In this document: positions 35,948 to 45,146 of the stretch, in pieces
Position numbering within the stretch: position 1 is the stretch's first letter
Layout of the letters: each line of letters starts with the position of its first letter
Source: an uncultured virus (IMG/VR IMGVR_UViG_3300025879_000014)
Taxonomy: Duplodnaviria > Heunggongvirae > Uroviricota > Caudoviricetes
Length of the DNA: 64,000 nucleotides
Virus record (IMG/VR): IMGVR_UViG_3300025879_000014
Direction: 5' to 3' (one strand)
Notes under the pieces: model-generated
Database searches by the model: none
The model's input: only the letters and a program-made list of their open reading frames with translations
What the model was told of the DNA's origin: nothing
Program-made: the position numbers and the translations under genes

Positions 35948-36154
35948 CTATTTATATCGTGTCATAGACTTCTTAAGGTCTACGACAGCTTCGATTAGGT
36001 AGAATGCACAATATCCAAACGAAACGATAGAAGCGAAGACCAGATACCATGGGGCAGCGCCGAGGTCTAATCTAGCCCGAAATGTCTCGAAGATAATAGA
36101 TACTGCTACTACAAAAAGCATACCTAATACAAATTCTTTACGTGTACCATTCAT
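35948..36154 (-). CDS. Small two-TM membrane protein
   Basis: Two hydrophobic helices; has its own promoter. Confidence 0.65.
   Translation of the reverse strand: MNGTRKEFVLGMLFVVAVSIIFETFRARLDLGAAPWYLVFASIVSFGYCAFYLIEAVVDLKKSMTRYK
35949..35956 (-). promoter_or_regulatory. T4-type late promoter (hsp20)
   Basis: TATAAATA. Confidence 0.7.
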
Positions 36155-36184
36155 AATATATTCCTATTTATCAAATAAGGTTCA

Positions 36185-36213
36185 ATTATAACCTACTTCA
36201 ATCAAGAAGTAAA
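36185..36213 (-). promoter_or_regulatory. Sigma70-type phage promoter
   Basis: TTTACT-N17-TATAAT. Confidence 0.85.
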
Positions 36214-36216
36214 GCT

Positions 36217-36633
36217 TTATTTTACATTTCCGATATTATATTTAGGGCAAAGTTCCCATTCACACTTTTCTCTATGAGGGATAACCTTAACCTGACGCAG
36301 AGGAGCAACGTTATTAACCTGCTCTTTATCAAGCACGGTTATTAATCCCCAATCCGACAACAATGTCGCGATTGTGTTTCTACGTTGAATATCGTTCTCT
36401 AGCAGGTTAGAAGGTTTGCCGTCAAGTAAGAACAATTCTTTAAAGTGAACGATGAAGTATCGTCCTTGCTTATGTAGAATATGACAAGACTGAAATAGCT
36501 TGTTTTCTTTCTTAGACGCTACACCCATACGAGTTAGTGTTTCTCTAACTTTCAGGAAATCGTCAGGTTCGTTGAGTAGCACTTCAAGCATTACCGCTGG
36601 CGTCCACTCAATTTGTTGGTTTTCTTGTTCCAC
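36217..36633 (-). CDS. regA: Translational repressor RegA
   Basis: DDFLKVRETLTRMG, QSCHILHKQGRYFIVHFKELF. Confidence 0.95.
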   Translation of the reverse strand: MEQENQQIEWTPAVMLEVLLNEPDDFLKVRETLTRMGVASKKENKLFQSCHILHKQGRYFIVHFKELFLLDGKPSNLLENDIQRRNTIATLLSDWGLITVLDKEQVNNVAPLRQVKVIPHREKCEWELCPKYNIGNVK

Positions 36634-37006
36634 CTTTATACACCCTTTTCTTCAATTCAATAAGTTGGTCATTAGTTAGTAATTTAAGAACATCACGAGC
36701 TTTTTCGTCGCTATATCCATAATATTCTTTTACCAATTCGATATCCTGGTTATCATCGGCTTTCGCCCATTTTCCCCAGAGTTTCTTCTTTCTAATACTA
36801 TTTATAAGATATTGAAATTGAAGAGAACCGTCCAAGTGGTGGTTTATGTTCATCTCATTTGCGTGTAAAATGGTTTCTAAGTGTTGACTCAATCCACGGT
36901 TTACCATGAAGGCAACTTTCTTGTAGTTCTTATCGCCGTTAGGGTCTTCGCTTAATAGGTCTTTCTTAGATTGAGTCACCGCAGTTATATAATCAAATGG
37001 ACTCAT
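36608..37006 (-). CDS. gp62: Clamp loader small subunit
   Basis: FMVNRGLS, ANEMN, VKEYYGYS..KA; synteny with regA. Confidence 0.88.
   Translation of the reverse strand: MSPFDYITAVTQSKKDLLSEDPNGDKNYKKVAFMVNRGLSQHLETILHANEMNINHHLDGSLQFQYLINSIRKKKLWGKWAKADDNQDIELVKEYYGYSDEKARDVLKLLTNDQLIELKKRVYKGGTRKPTN
36799..36806 (-). promoter_or_regulatory. Possible late promoter inside gp62, upstream of regA
   Basis: TATAAATA. Confidence 0.45.
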
Positions 37007-37007
37007 A

Positions 37008-37601
37008 TTAACCTCGTAGAGCTTGAGCCAAGGACTGCATACGCATAACATCCATTACGATATCATGACGGCAATCGTGGGCAATGAACTTTTCTTCCAA
37101 GCCTTCAGGAATAAAGGTGTTCTTTATCTTATGACCAAAAGCCATACCGTCGATAGTAGAACGTGTATCCCTAACAATCCAGAAAGGGAATGGGTCTTTC
37201 TCACCAACTGCTTCTAGTAGTTCGCGAAGCAAGATAGGATCAAAAGTATTACCACGAGTATATGCTCTCTTAAGAGTTGTAAAGTTAATGTTATCAAACA
37301 AGAACTGGTTGAACTCTGTAATAGACTTATCTTCATCAGAAGGTTTAAGTACAGCACGAGCTTCGGCTGGTTGCTTTGACCACCAAGCAAGGGTATCCGG
37401 ATCAATCTTACGGTTGTAGATTTCTACCTGCTCTTCAACATCAAATTTGATATATCGAGTTTCACGTAGAAGTTCTTCGTAGTCGTACGGATTATCAGAA
37501 TACAAACGAGTTTCGTCGTAAGATAGTAATGCCAAGTTAATAGCAGCACCTCTGATAGGATCCTGACTTAATGTTTCAAAGTCGTAAATGATAGTATCCA
37601 T
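37008..37601 (-). CDS. dexA: DEDD 3'-5' exonuclease (DexA-like)
   Basis: IYDFETL, TLAWW, RGNTFD, RDTRS, HDCRHD. Confidence 0.82.
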   Translation of the reverse strand: MDTIIYDFETLSQDPIRGAAINLALLSYDETRLYSDNPYDYEELLRETRYIKFDVEEQVEIYNRKIDPDTLAWWSKQPAEARAVLKPSDEDKSITEFNQFLFDNINFTTLKRAYTRGNTFDPILLRELLEAVGEKDPFPFWIVRDTRSTIDGMAFGHKIKNTFIPEGLEEKFIAHDCRHDIVMDVMRMQSLAQALRG

Positions 37602-38542
37602 TACACCCACTCCGCATCGATCATAATTTCGGTTAAACAAGCAACTGTATTTAGTTCGTGGTCAGAAACAAACGCATCTTGATACTGGTAACGACCAAGG
37701 ATTAATACAGTAGCAGCTACAGACTCAGCTGACATAAAGTCCTTACACTGGTCAAATATCTTACGAAATATAACCGATGAATCTAGGTCAGAATTGTTAG
37801 CAACCCAAGAACGCATACCTTTGAAGTTCTTTGCTTTCAGATAACCCATAAGAGTTTTGAAGTTATCGTCAGCTAGGTTTACAAGGATACCCGCATCAAT
37901 CTTACCTGATAAGGAATAGCGCTGAATCTCGTTAAGTACTCGACGGAAATCCGGAAAGTGCTTTTGTACCAATTCAACAACAGCTTTCTTATCATACTCA
38001 ATAGATTCAGTCTCAAGGATATGACAAACACGCTTGAAGATCTCACCGGCAATAGCAGGCTTTTCTTCTTTAGGGATACCGAACTCATATACTGAACAAC
38101 GAGAGTGTAGCGGTTCAATGATCTTATTCTTGAAGTTACAAGTAAGAATGAAACGGCAGTTGTTAGAGAACTCTTCGATAAAGGCACGAAGTGCTGGCTG
38201 AGTAGATTGGGCATTTAGATAATCAGCCTCATCCAGGATAACTACCTTATAACCACCTTGTAAAGATACAGAAGAAGCAAACTGTCTGATCTTATTACGA
38301 AGTGTATCGATGTTGCCATCTTCTGAAGCATTGACAATGATATAGTCAAGTTCAAGTTCATTACATAAGGCTTTGGCAACTGTAGTTTTACCTACACCAG
38401 CCGTTCCTGAGAATATCATATTAGGGAGTTCTTCACCCTTAACAATCTCAGAGAAGGTTTTGTTTAACGATTTCGGGAGAATCGTTTCAGAAATAGTTCT
38501 AGGGCGGTACTTTTCAACGAATAAGAATTCTTGGTTTGACAT
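37601..38542 (-). CDS. gp44: Clamp loader ATPase subunit
   Basis: EKYRP, GTAGVGKTT, DEAD, SRC. Confidence 0.95.
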   Translation of the reverse strand: MSNQEFLFVEKYRPRTISETILPKSLNKTFSEIVKGEELPNMIFSGTAGVGKTTVAKALCNELELDYIIVNASEDGNIDTLRNKIRQFASSVSLQGGYKVVILDEADYLNAQSTQPALRAFIEEFSNNCRFILTCNFKNKIIEPLHSRCSVYEFGIPKEEKPAIAGEIFKRVCHILETESIEYDKKAVVELVQKHFPDFRRVLNEIQRYSLSGKIDAGILVNLADDNFKTLMGYLKAKNFKGMRSWVANNSDLDSSVIFRKIFDQCKDFMSAESVAATVLILGRYQYQDAFVSDHELNTVACLTEIMIDAEWV

Positions 38543-38802
38543 TCACTTTCTCCATTATTTAAAAACATTTCTAACGTATTGGTCGGCTCGTAGGAATACT
38601 TCTCCAACCGAACCTTTCCGTTGTTAGCAAGATAACAATCTTTACAACCAGAACTTTGGCGAATATCTCCTGGGAACTTTCGATCCCGAGGAGACTTCAA
38701 GTAGAACTGATCCCTCGGCTTCCACGATGAGCACTTATCGCAAAAGCAGAGGTCGGGTGTATCTTGATTTAACAAGTTGTTCATATTATACCCCATAATC
38801 AT
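38464..38802 (-). CDS. Zinc-binding hypothetical protein (possible endonuclease remnant)
   Basis: CDKC...F Y...CKDC; overlaps gp44 by 79 nt. Confidence 0.45.
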   Translation of the reverse strand: MIMGYNMNNLLNQDTPDLCFCDKCSSWKPRDQFYLKSPRDRKFPGDIRQSSGCKDCYLANNGKVRLEKYSYEPTNTLEMFLNNGESECQTKNSYSLKSTALELFLKRFSRNR

Positions 38803-38813
38803 AATAAAGTAAA
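38785..38813 (-). promoter_or_regulatory. Sigma70-type phage promoter
   Basis: TTTACT-N17-TATAAT. Confidence 0.8.
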
Positions 38814-38821
38814 GTATTATT

Positions 38822-39088
38822 TTAAATAATAATACCCGAAGTTGCTTGGCGATAAGCTTTCTGCACTTCCATATTTGTGTCTACTACAAACACAAACTGA
38901 CCGAAAGTCACTTCGCGAGGGTCAGCTTCACCAGTTACAGCGATACCAGCTGCAAACCCCATACCACTTTCGTTGGTGATTAACATACGAGGATCTTCTA
39001 ATGTAATAGTCCCATCAGTAGAAGATTTGTATTTACCTACGTACTCGCCAGAGATAGCGACGACTGTTACGATATCATTTAATTCCAT
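38822..39088 (-). CDS. Conserved hypothetical protein (Sm-like beta fold suspected)
   Basis: SGEYVGK...LEDP...YRQATSGII. Confidence 0.65.
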   Translation of the reverse strand: MELNDIVTVVAISGEYVGKYKSSTDGTITLEDPRMLITNESGMGFAAGIAVTGEADPREVTFGQFVFVVDTNMEVQKAYRQATSGIII

Positions 39089-39609
39089 TATTGTGCTCCT
39101 TTTAAGTATTCTATTACATATTCTGGCGAAGAGATTTCGTACGGATCCGCAGGGCAGTTATCCATAATACCATCTTCTTCAAAGTAGTTTACGACTTCTA
39201 GATTATCAACAACTACAGCATATCTCCATGAACGTTTACCAAACCCAAGATTAGATTTGTCGACCAATACGCCCATACCTGCAGCGAATTCGCCATTACC
39301 GTCAGGGAGCATACGAACATTCTTGATACCTTGACTTTGCGCCCACTGGTACATAGTAAAAGAATCATTTACCGAAGTACAATAGATTTCGTCAATACCT
39401 AATTCTAGGAATTGGTTGTACATAGCTTCATAACCTGGAAGCTGAGAGTTAGAACAAGTAGGAGTAAATGCTCCTGGTAATCCGAAGATTAAAACTTTCT
39501 TGCCCGCAAATAGGTCTTTAGAGGTATTGTATACCCACTTAAAAGGGTTATCGCCTTCGATTGTTTCATCACGCTCGCGCATGTAAAATGTAATATCTGG
39601 TAGTAACAT
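39088..39609 (-). CDS. Peroxiredoxin (Prx5 type)
   Basis: LPGAFTPTCS, SVND, DGNGEF, RSWRYA. Confidence 0.92.
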   Translation of the reverse strand: MLLPDITFYMRERDETIEGDNPFKWVYNTSKDLFAGKKVLIFGLPGAFTPTCSNSQLPGYEAMYNQFLELGIDEIYCTSVNDSFTMYQWAQSQGIKNVRMLPDGNGEFAAGMGVLVDKSNLGFGKRSWRYAVVVDNLEVVNYFEEDGIMDNCPADPYEISSPEYVIEYLKGAQ

Positions 39610-39618
39610 AATATATCC

Positions 39619-39879
39619 TTACTCATTAACAATTTTGTTTAGAAGGTCTTCAAACTGATCCACCTTCTCAACTCGGTTTGGCCAATAGATATAATCCTTT
39701 TCGGGATTCTTCTTTAGGTTAGATAACAGTGGTAATATCGTGTTATATAACTTATTGACTTTCTCTTCCAACTCAGTTGCCGTCGAAGACGTTTCGTTGG
39801 CAACTTGTTGGGCTTGCTGTACTGCTTCTAATTCGGTCTCGTCTACAGCGGTAAAGCCGAAGTCGAAGATATCGCTCAC
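39619..39879 (-). CDS. Conserved hypothetical protein
   Basis: FDFGFTAVDE...PLL.NLKKNPEKDYIYWPNR. Confidence 0.7.
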   Translation of the reverse strand: MSDIFDFGFTAVDETELEAVQQAQQVANETSSTATELEEKVNKLYNTILPLLSNLKKNPEKDYIYWPNRVEKVDQFEDLLNKIVNE

Positions 39880-40133
39880 TTAACGATTTCCTCATAAAGG
39901 GTTTCAAAACCTTCGTTCTCTTCCTGTACATTTACGAACGTTTGCTTGTGATATACAGTAGCAAGTTTCTTAAGATACTTAGGGTCTAAGCCAATTTCGT
40001 CTTTAATCTTTGCGCAGATTTCCTTCTGGAGATCACGCTCTGACTCAGTACGTAGCATAGATGAAGAGATTTCGGTTACAGCGTCACGGATTTTCTTACG
40101 ATCGGCTTCAGATGTTGGGACTACAATGCTCAT
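39876..40133 (-). CDS. dsDNA-binding protein (T4 DsbA-like)
   Basis: Helical, about 85 aa; LKKLATVYHKQTF...FETLYE. Confidence 0.7.
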   Translation of the reverse strand: MSIVVPTSEADRKKIRDAVTEISSSMLRTESERDLQKEICAKIKDEIGLDPKYLKKLATVYHKQTFVNVQEENEGFETLYEEIVK

Positions 40134-40170
40134 AATAAACTCCTAATATGGGGAAAGGTAAAGCTACGGA

Positions 40171-40398
40171 TTATTCCGCAGCTTCTTCAGTTACTTCTTC
40201 AGTTTCAGCTTGTTCTTCTTGCTCGGCATTTGCTTGTAAGAAAGCAACAAAACGAGAACGAACAGCACCAACTTGCTCTAATTCAGCACCTTCAAAGGCA
40301 CCACGTTTTGAACAGATATCGATAATCTGTACCGCAGCTGCTAGGTCTTGAACACCTAGTTGGATTTCTTGTTGTGCTTCTTGGTTTACTTCACTCAT
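40171..40398 (-). CDS. Conserved hypothetical protein
   Basis: QDL...IIDICSKRGAF...EL..VG. Confidence 0.7.
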   Translation of the reverse strand: MSEVNQEAQQEIQLGVQDLAAAVQIIDICSKRGAFEGAELEQVGAVRSRFVAFLQANAEQEEQAETEEVTEEAAE

Positions 40399-40416
40399 GA
40401 TATTTTCCTATTTAAG

Positions 40417-40602
40417 TTAGAGTTTTAAAGTTACTGTTACGAGATAATCTTCATATCCCATTGCTTTTGCGATTTTGATGAACGCATTTTCTAAATCTTC
40501 AGCGTCAGCCACCGCTGTACGATGAGAGATATCTGCCCATTCAGCATCACCATAATCGGTATCTGCCGTTTCAGCATTAAGTGCGAGAATATATTTAGTC
40601 AT
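40417..40602 (-). CDS. Small hypothetical protein
   Basis: ATG just after the gp45 stop with GGAG RBS. Confidence 0.55.
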   Translation of the reverse strand: MTKYILALNAETADTDYGDAEWADISHRTAVADAEDLENAFIKIAKAMGYEDYLVTVTLKL

Positions 40603-40606
40603 AGTA

Positions 40607-41293
40607 TTACGCTCCGAAAGTTGATGTCTTTTCAAGGGCAACCCAATATGTCGCTTTCGCATCGTCGTTTTTGAACTCAGAGATGAGCTTAGACGATACG
40701 GAAATATCGAAGTTTCCTGGCAAGAACTTAAAGTTATTGATATTGAATACTAGTTTGAATGCTTCGTCAGGACGAGCAGCAATCGTACCAAGTTTCATTT
40801 TAAAGGTGTTGGCAGTAGATACTTTAACATCAGTTACTTCAACAGTTGCTTCAGTAGAACCTTCTTCACCAATAATCACCACATCCGTACAAGCAATAGC
40901 AGTAGCTGCTTTACGAATAGCTGCCATCTGAGAGTCGGTCAAAGTAAACTTCACTACACTAGGTGGCATAGTAATGTCTTTAGACGGACTGGTCAAGATA
41001 GAGGCATCCGAGAAGAAATACTCAAAAGACTGCGAACCGTCATCATTAGAAATGGTGACAGAGCTTTCGTTAAAAGTAAACTCCGGATCATCAATCATAC
41101 CTGCAACGGTTAAGAAAGAGTTTAAGTCATAGATACCAAATTCTTGAGGGAACACGTCCGGAACTTCAGCAGAAGAAAGGACTGTCTTACTCTCGGCAAT
41201 GGTTTTAATAGTAGAACCTTCACGGACTACTAAGTTTGGATTAATGCTTGCGAAGTTGCGAAGCACGTTAAAGGTTTCATTTGATAGTTTCAT
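40607..41293 (-). CDS. gp45: Sliding clamp
   Basis: MKLSNET...NFASIN, FGIYDLNSFL, YWVALE. Confidence 0.93.
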   Translation of the reverse strand: MKLSNETFNVLRNFASINPNLVVREGSTIKTIAESKTVLSSAEVPDVFPQEFGIYDLNSFLTVAGMIDDPEFTFNESSVTISNDDGSQSFEYFFSDASILTSPSKDITMPPSVVKFTLTDSQMAAIRKAATAIACTDVVIIGEEGSTEATVEVTDVKVSTANTFKMKLGTIAARPDEAFKLVFNINNFKFLPGNFDISVSSKLISEFKNDDAKATYWVALEKTSTFGA

Positions 41294-41319
41294 TACAATC
41301 TCCTAATTTCAATACAAGT

Positions 41320-41348
41320 ATTATACTATACTACATCACTAAAGTAAA
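41320..41348 (-). promoter_or_regulatory. Sigma70-type phage promoter (gp45)
   Basis: TTTACT-N17-TATAAT plus ACTTGTATTGAA leader. Confidence 0.85.
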
Positions 41349-41359
41349 GCTTTATTCTC

Positions 41360-41704
41360 TTATTTTTTAAAATAATTTTGAACAGTTTCTTCACATTCAC
41401 GCTCGGCAGAATCTAAGGCATCAGTTCCTTTGTGTAATCTGTCGTGCTCATATAACGAAAGTAATCCATAGTGTATTACCTTCAATAGATCCTTTCGATA
41501 ATCTTCGATACTACCCTTCTGACCATAACGGTTAGAGTATTTATCCACGTTACCAAGGAAGAATCCCATCCCTCGACCTCGGTCTACAATAACCTCCGAG
41601 GTCTGAATCTTACTACCACCATAGTGGGCTCCATAAGTAGAGTCGATGTATTTCTTAATTTCATCAAGCAACTCATCTTCTCTAAACTTATAATCAATGC
41701 TCAT
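41360..41704 (-). CDS. Conserved hypothetical protein (DUF3310-like)
   Basis: YIDSTY..HY...GFFLGN..KY..RYG.K...DLLKVIHY. Confidence 0.7.
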   Translation of the reverse strand: MSIDYKFREDELLDEIKKYIDSTYGAHYGGSKIQTSEVIVDRGRGMGFFLGNVDKYSNRYGQKGSIEDYRKDLLKVIHYGLLSLYEHDRLHKGTDALDSAERECEETVQNYFKK

Positions 41705-41713
41705 ATAATCTCC

Positions 41714-42886
41714 TTAGAAAATGTCATTTATAATATCGTCAACTGAAGTGGTACTTTCTTGACCAGCTTCGGGGACAGGGTTCCCAACGCTCGCATCAAC
41801 CTTTGAGTATAGGTCTTTGAAAGCTTCTTTTGTATCTTCATCAAAACGGCTGATACAAAGGTCAATCGCTTTCTCTTTATCTTTAAAGATAGCGAAAGTT
41901 TGAACAATGTGGCATAGGCGACGAGTAGAAATAACTTCATCAACACCACCGTCAACGTAGGTCTTGCGAATAATATCCGACCAAGTGGTCAGGTTAACAG
42001 CAAAGTCTTCGTCCTTGCGACCATACTTATCCATATGGTTCAGGACGATTTTCTTTTCAATCGCAGTTGAAGGATAAGGCTGTTCAACCGTAATCGAGAA
42101 ACGCTCAAGGAACGCTTCGTCAATAATAGTAGCAGATACGAACTTACCATCATCAGAACCTTGTCCCTTTGTATTCGCAGTAGCAATAATATTGAACCCG
42201 TCTTTAGGCTTAACAACTTCGCCAGTCTTTTTAATCAGAACTGGTTTACCTTCTAGAACGCCTTGTAAAGCCATTAAGCGATTAGAAGAACGATCGATCT
42301 CATCGATCAGTAGGATAGCACCTGCTTCCATTGCTTTGATAACCGGACCTTTAACAAAAACAGTTTCGCCATTAATTAGGCGGAATCCACCAATCAAATC
42401 GTCTTCGTCAGTTTCGGGAGTTACCTGAACACGAACATACTCGCGATTCAGTTTAGCGCATGCCTGTTCAACCATCATTGTTTTACCATTACCAGATAGA
42501 CCAGTAATAAAGGTCGGGTAGAACATACGAGATTCAATAATCATTCGAAGGTCTTTAAAGTTGCCCCAAGAAACATAAGTAGGATCAGTTTCTGGGATAT
42601 AGATTTCATCGTTCGAGATAGATTGAACAGAAGAAGTCATAGCAGGGGCAGGAGCTGTTTCGAAAGCGCGACCACCTTCGATTCGGCGGAAAGGTGCCAA
42701 CTTAGATTCTAGGTTCCAGACGCCACGAGAGATACGATCAGTCGTTTTATCAAGCATCTTATCGTATATTGATCCATTGGTATACCCAAGAGCTTTGGCT
42801 ACAATGTTCATCTCAGCATTACGGAAAGTGGTCTGGTCAGGGTAACGAGCAGCAAGTTCTTTTAGAAACGGAGTAAAGTTATTCAT
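41714..42886 (-). CDS. MoxR/CobS-like AAA+ ATPase
   Basis: GLSGNGKT, LLIDEID, ATANTKGQG, AFLERF, ISTRRL. Confidence 0.9.
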   Translation of the reverse strand: MNNFTPFLKELAARYPDQTTFRNAEMNIVAKALGYTNGSIYDKMLDKTTDRISRGVWNLESKLAPFRRIEGGRAFETAPAPAMTSSVQSISNDEIYIPETDPTYVSWGNFKDLRMIIESRMFYPTFITGLSGNGKTMMVEQACAKLNREYVRVQVTPETDEDDLIGGFRLINGETVFVKGPVIKAMEAGAILLIDEIDRSSNRLMALQGVLEGKPVLIKKTGEVVKPKDGFNIIATANTKGQGSDDGKFVSATIIDEAFLERFSITVEQPYPSTAIEKKIVLNHMDKYGRKDEDFAVNLTTWSDIIRKTYVDGGVDEVISTRRLCHIVQTFAIFKDKEKAIDLCISRFDEDTKEAFKDLYSKVDASVGNPVPEAGQESTTSVDDIINDIF

Positions 42887-42919
42887 AATGTATATTCTCT
42901 CAATCAATTCAATACAGGT

Positions 42920-42948
42920 ATTATACTACAAAAGGAACGGTATGTAAA
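42920..42948 (-). promoter_or_regulatory. Sigma70-type phage promoter
   Basis: TTTACA-N17-TATAAT. Confidence 0.85.
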
Positions 42949-42984
42949 GTCTTTTTTAAAACTTTTTTATACCGTTTTGTTATA

Positions 42985-45066
42985 TCAAGCCACGATTTCC
43001 GCGAATTTAGTAGTAAGGACTCGGTTGGTTTTCTTAGAGCCAGTAAACTTCTTAAACTGTCGAGTCAACTCCCCTTTCTTAGCGCCAGACTTCACTTCAA
43101 AGTCTTCATTATCTGTATCAAGGTTCTTACCACCTTTCAATAGAAACATACGATCATATCCAGGGCATTCATCAACAACGGCAGATTTATTTCTCATAGC
43201 CAACCGAGCCAGAGTATCCGCTTCAAACCAATCAGCACCAACGATTCTTCTATAGAAGTCTAACGCATGAGAACGACGTTCGGCAACATAGTAACCAATA
43301 ACTGTAGAACCAGTCGCTTCTTTATAGTACTTCATCAGAGGTGGCGTTTCTCTATGACGTTTACCTATCTCAATTCTCTTACCAGAATCATATACGTACT
43401 GCGTGGAACCGTAACCAACCCAAGAGTTTTGAAGCTCAATCTCTTGACTAGCGCCGTCTGTTAGGAATATGGTGTTTAGTCTATCAAGGTTATACTTCGC
43501 TCTGAACTGTTGACCAATACGAACTGCTGCAAGGATAACGGTATTTAACGGAGTTCCGCCCATTTGCTCATACTCAGAAGAGTAGTGATAGCGTTCGTAT
43601 GAATCACGACCCGAAAGAATAAACAAATCGGAAATAGCACGGTTGAAGTCTTTACGGTTCATGTCAGAAGTGACTAGTTCGAATAGAGCAACACTTCTTA
43701 GATCAATATTAGTCTTTACATTACTAAAATCTCTTCTGGAATGGTTATTAGTAAACCCCATAACTCTGAAAGGAATTGACACTTTCTTACAGAATGTAGC
43801 TAGGTTTATAACCTGACGAAGTACCGATCCTATAGTATCCCCCATAGAACCAGAGTAATCAACATACATAATCATACCGTGGTTCTTGGCATCAGCCATA
43901 ACTAAGTTACGAGCAAAGATATCGTCATTATACTTGTAAGAGTGAACCTTATCCATAGCCAAAGAACCTGAACGAGATACCTTGGCACGAGAGTATCGAA
44001 ACGCAGCTTTCTTCATTTCAAACTCTTTTGCCATTACCGCTACAGTTCTATCAGTCTCTTTCATGAACTTAGAGAAACTTTCTTTAAATCCGGATTCTTG
44101 AGTTGGGTGAGGGATTCTATAGTGAGTGAGCACTTCCTTAGCCTTCTCGTCGCGAGAAGCAAAGACTTCTTTATAACCGACTACAAGTTGTTCTACATCA
44201 GAGAAAGATATCCCATTGATAACAGTCTTACTTTCGTCAGGCTTATCGAGTAGTTCTTTTTCGTTAGAGCGAAAGGCATCGTCAGTTTCAACTGAAGGCT
44301 CGTCAAAGCTGTCGCTGCCTGTTACATCAACTTCTTCTTCAACTTCCGAATCATTTTCTTCAGAAGTAAGATCGCCATTTGATTCAATATCCATAGATTT
44401 AGAATCAATACTATCGTTTTCACTTTCATCAGACTCAGCAGTTTCTTGACTTTCAGTTTCAGGCTCGTCAACAGTTGGCTCATAGTTGTTATCCTCTTGA
44501 GTAGTTTCTGGTTTGCTATTCTTAGTGAACTCGTAGAGCGCACGAGCTGCTTCAACAACTTCTTCCCAAGTATCGACTGAGAAACATTGCTTAACAACTT
44601 CGGTTTCTTTAGATTCAAAATCAACATTCACAAGGTCGTTCAATTTGGCTTTAACATTGATGCGGTCCGGAAGACCGTACTTGTTAAGGTCGCGATCCGC
44701 AGTGCCAAAGAAGTTCTCGTCGAACAATACCTTATATCCACGCTTAAAAGAACCAACTAAGCCAGGATAGGTTTTCTGTATCATACGCTCGATACGGATA
44801 TCTTCAATTATGTTTAGAAATGCGCGAGGGATACCTTCAACACTAGTAGCAGCATCATGCCAACCGTCAGCAGGAGTATATAGTGCATGTCCTACTTCGT
44901 GACCGATTAGAAGGTCTTTAACGTCTTTACCCATATCCTTCCACATAGGAATGCGAAGGACTCGGTTTACTACATCGAAAGAAGCAGTTGAGTATTCGCC
45001 TTCAACCACGTCAATGTTTTCTTTAGCAAGTAACCGAGCAAGAGTAGATTTAGAATTATTAAGCAT
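42985..45066 (-). CDS. HExxH metallopeptidase-like + vWA domain protein (MoxR partner)
   Basis: HEVGHALYT, NIIEDIRIE, acidic linker, MIDAS DYSGSM, GGTPL, FLTDG. Confidence 0.85.
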   Translation of the reverse strand: MLNNSKSTLARLLAKENIDVVEGEYSTASFDVVNRVLRIPMWKDMGKDVKDLLIGHEVGHALYTPADGWHDAATSVEGIPRAFLNIIEDIRIERMIQKTYPGLVGSFKRGYKVLFDENFFGTADRDLNKYGLPDRINVKAKLNDLVNVDFESKETEVVKQCFSVDTWEEVVEAARALYEFTKNSKPETTQEDNNYEPTVDEPETESQETAESDESENDSIDSKSMDIESNGDLTSEENDSEVEEEVDVTGSDSFDEPSVETDDAFRSNEKELLDKPDESKTVINGISFSDVEQLVVGYKEVFASRDEKAKEVLTHYRIPHPTQESGFKESFSKFMKETDRTVAVMAKEFEMKKAAFRYSRAKVSRSGSLAMDKVHSYKYNDDIFARNLVMADAKNHGMIMYVDYSGSMGDTIGSVLRQVINLATFCKKVSIPFRVMGFTNNHSRRDFSNVKTNIDLRSVALFELVTSDMNRKDFNRAISDLFILSGRDSYERYHYSSEYEQMGGTPLNTVILAAVRIGQQFRAKYNLDRLNTIFLTDGASQEIELQNSWVGYGSTQYVYDSGKRIEIGKRHRETPPLMKYYKEATGSTVIGYYVAERRSHALDFYRRIVGADWFEADTLARLAMRNKSAVVDECPGYDRMFLLKGGKNLDTDNEDFEVKSGAKKGELTRQFKKFTGSKKTNRVLTTKFAEIVA

Positions 45067-45091
45067 AAGCACCTCATCAATTTATACAGGT

Positions 45092-45120
45092 ATTATACCG
45101 CATATCGGGTTCCGAGTAAA
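45092..45120 (-). promoter_or_regulatory. Sigma70-type phage promoter
   Basis: TTTACT-N17-TATAAT. Confidence 0.85.
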
Positions 45121-45146
45121 GCGTTATTTTAACTTTTTATAAACCA

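Noticed and set aside
41714..42886. Cobalamin biosynthesis gene (cobS) as an auxiliary metabolic gene
   Set aside because: Only generic MoxR AAA+ motifs are present; there is no cobN or other cob gene, and the partner is a peptidase-like vWA protein
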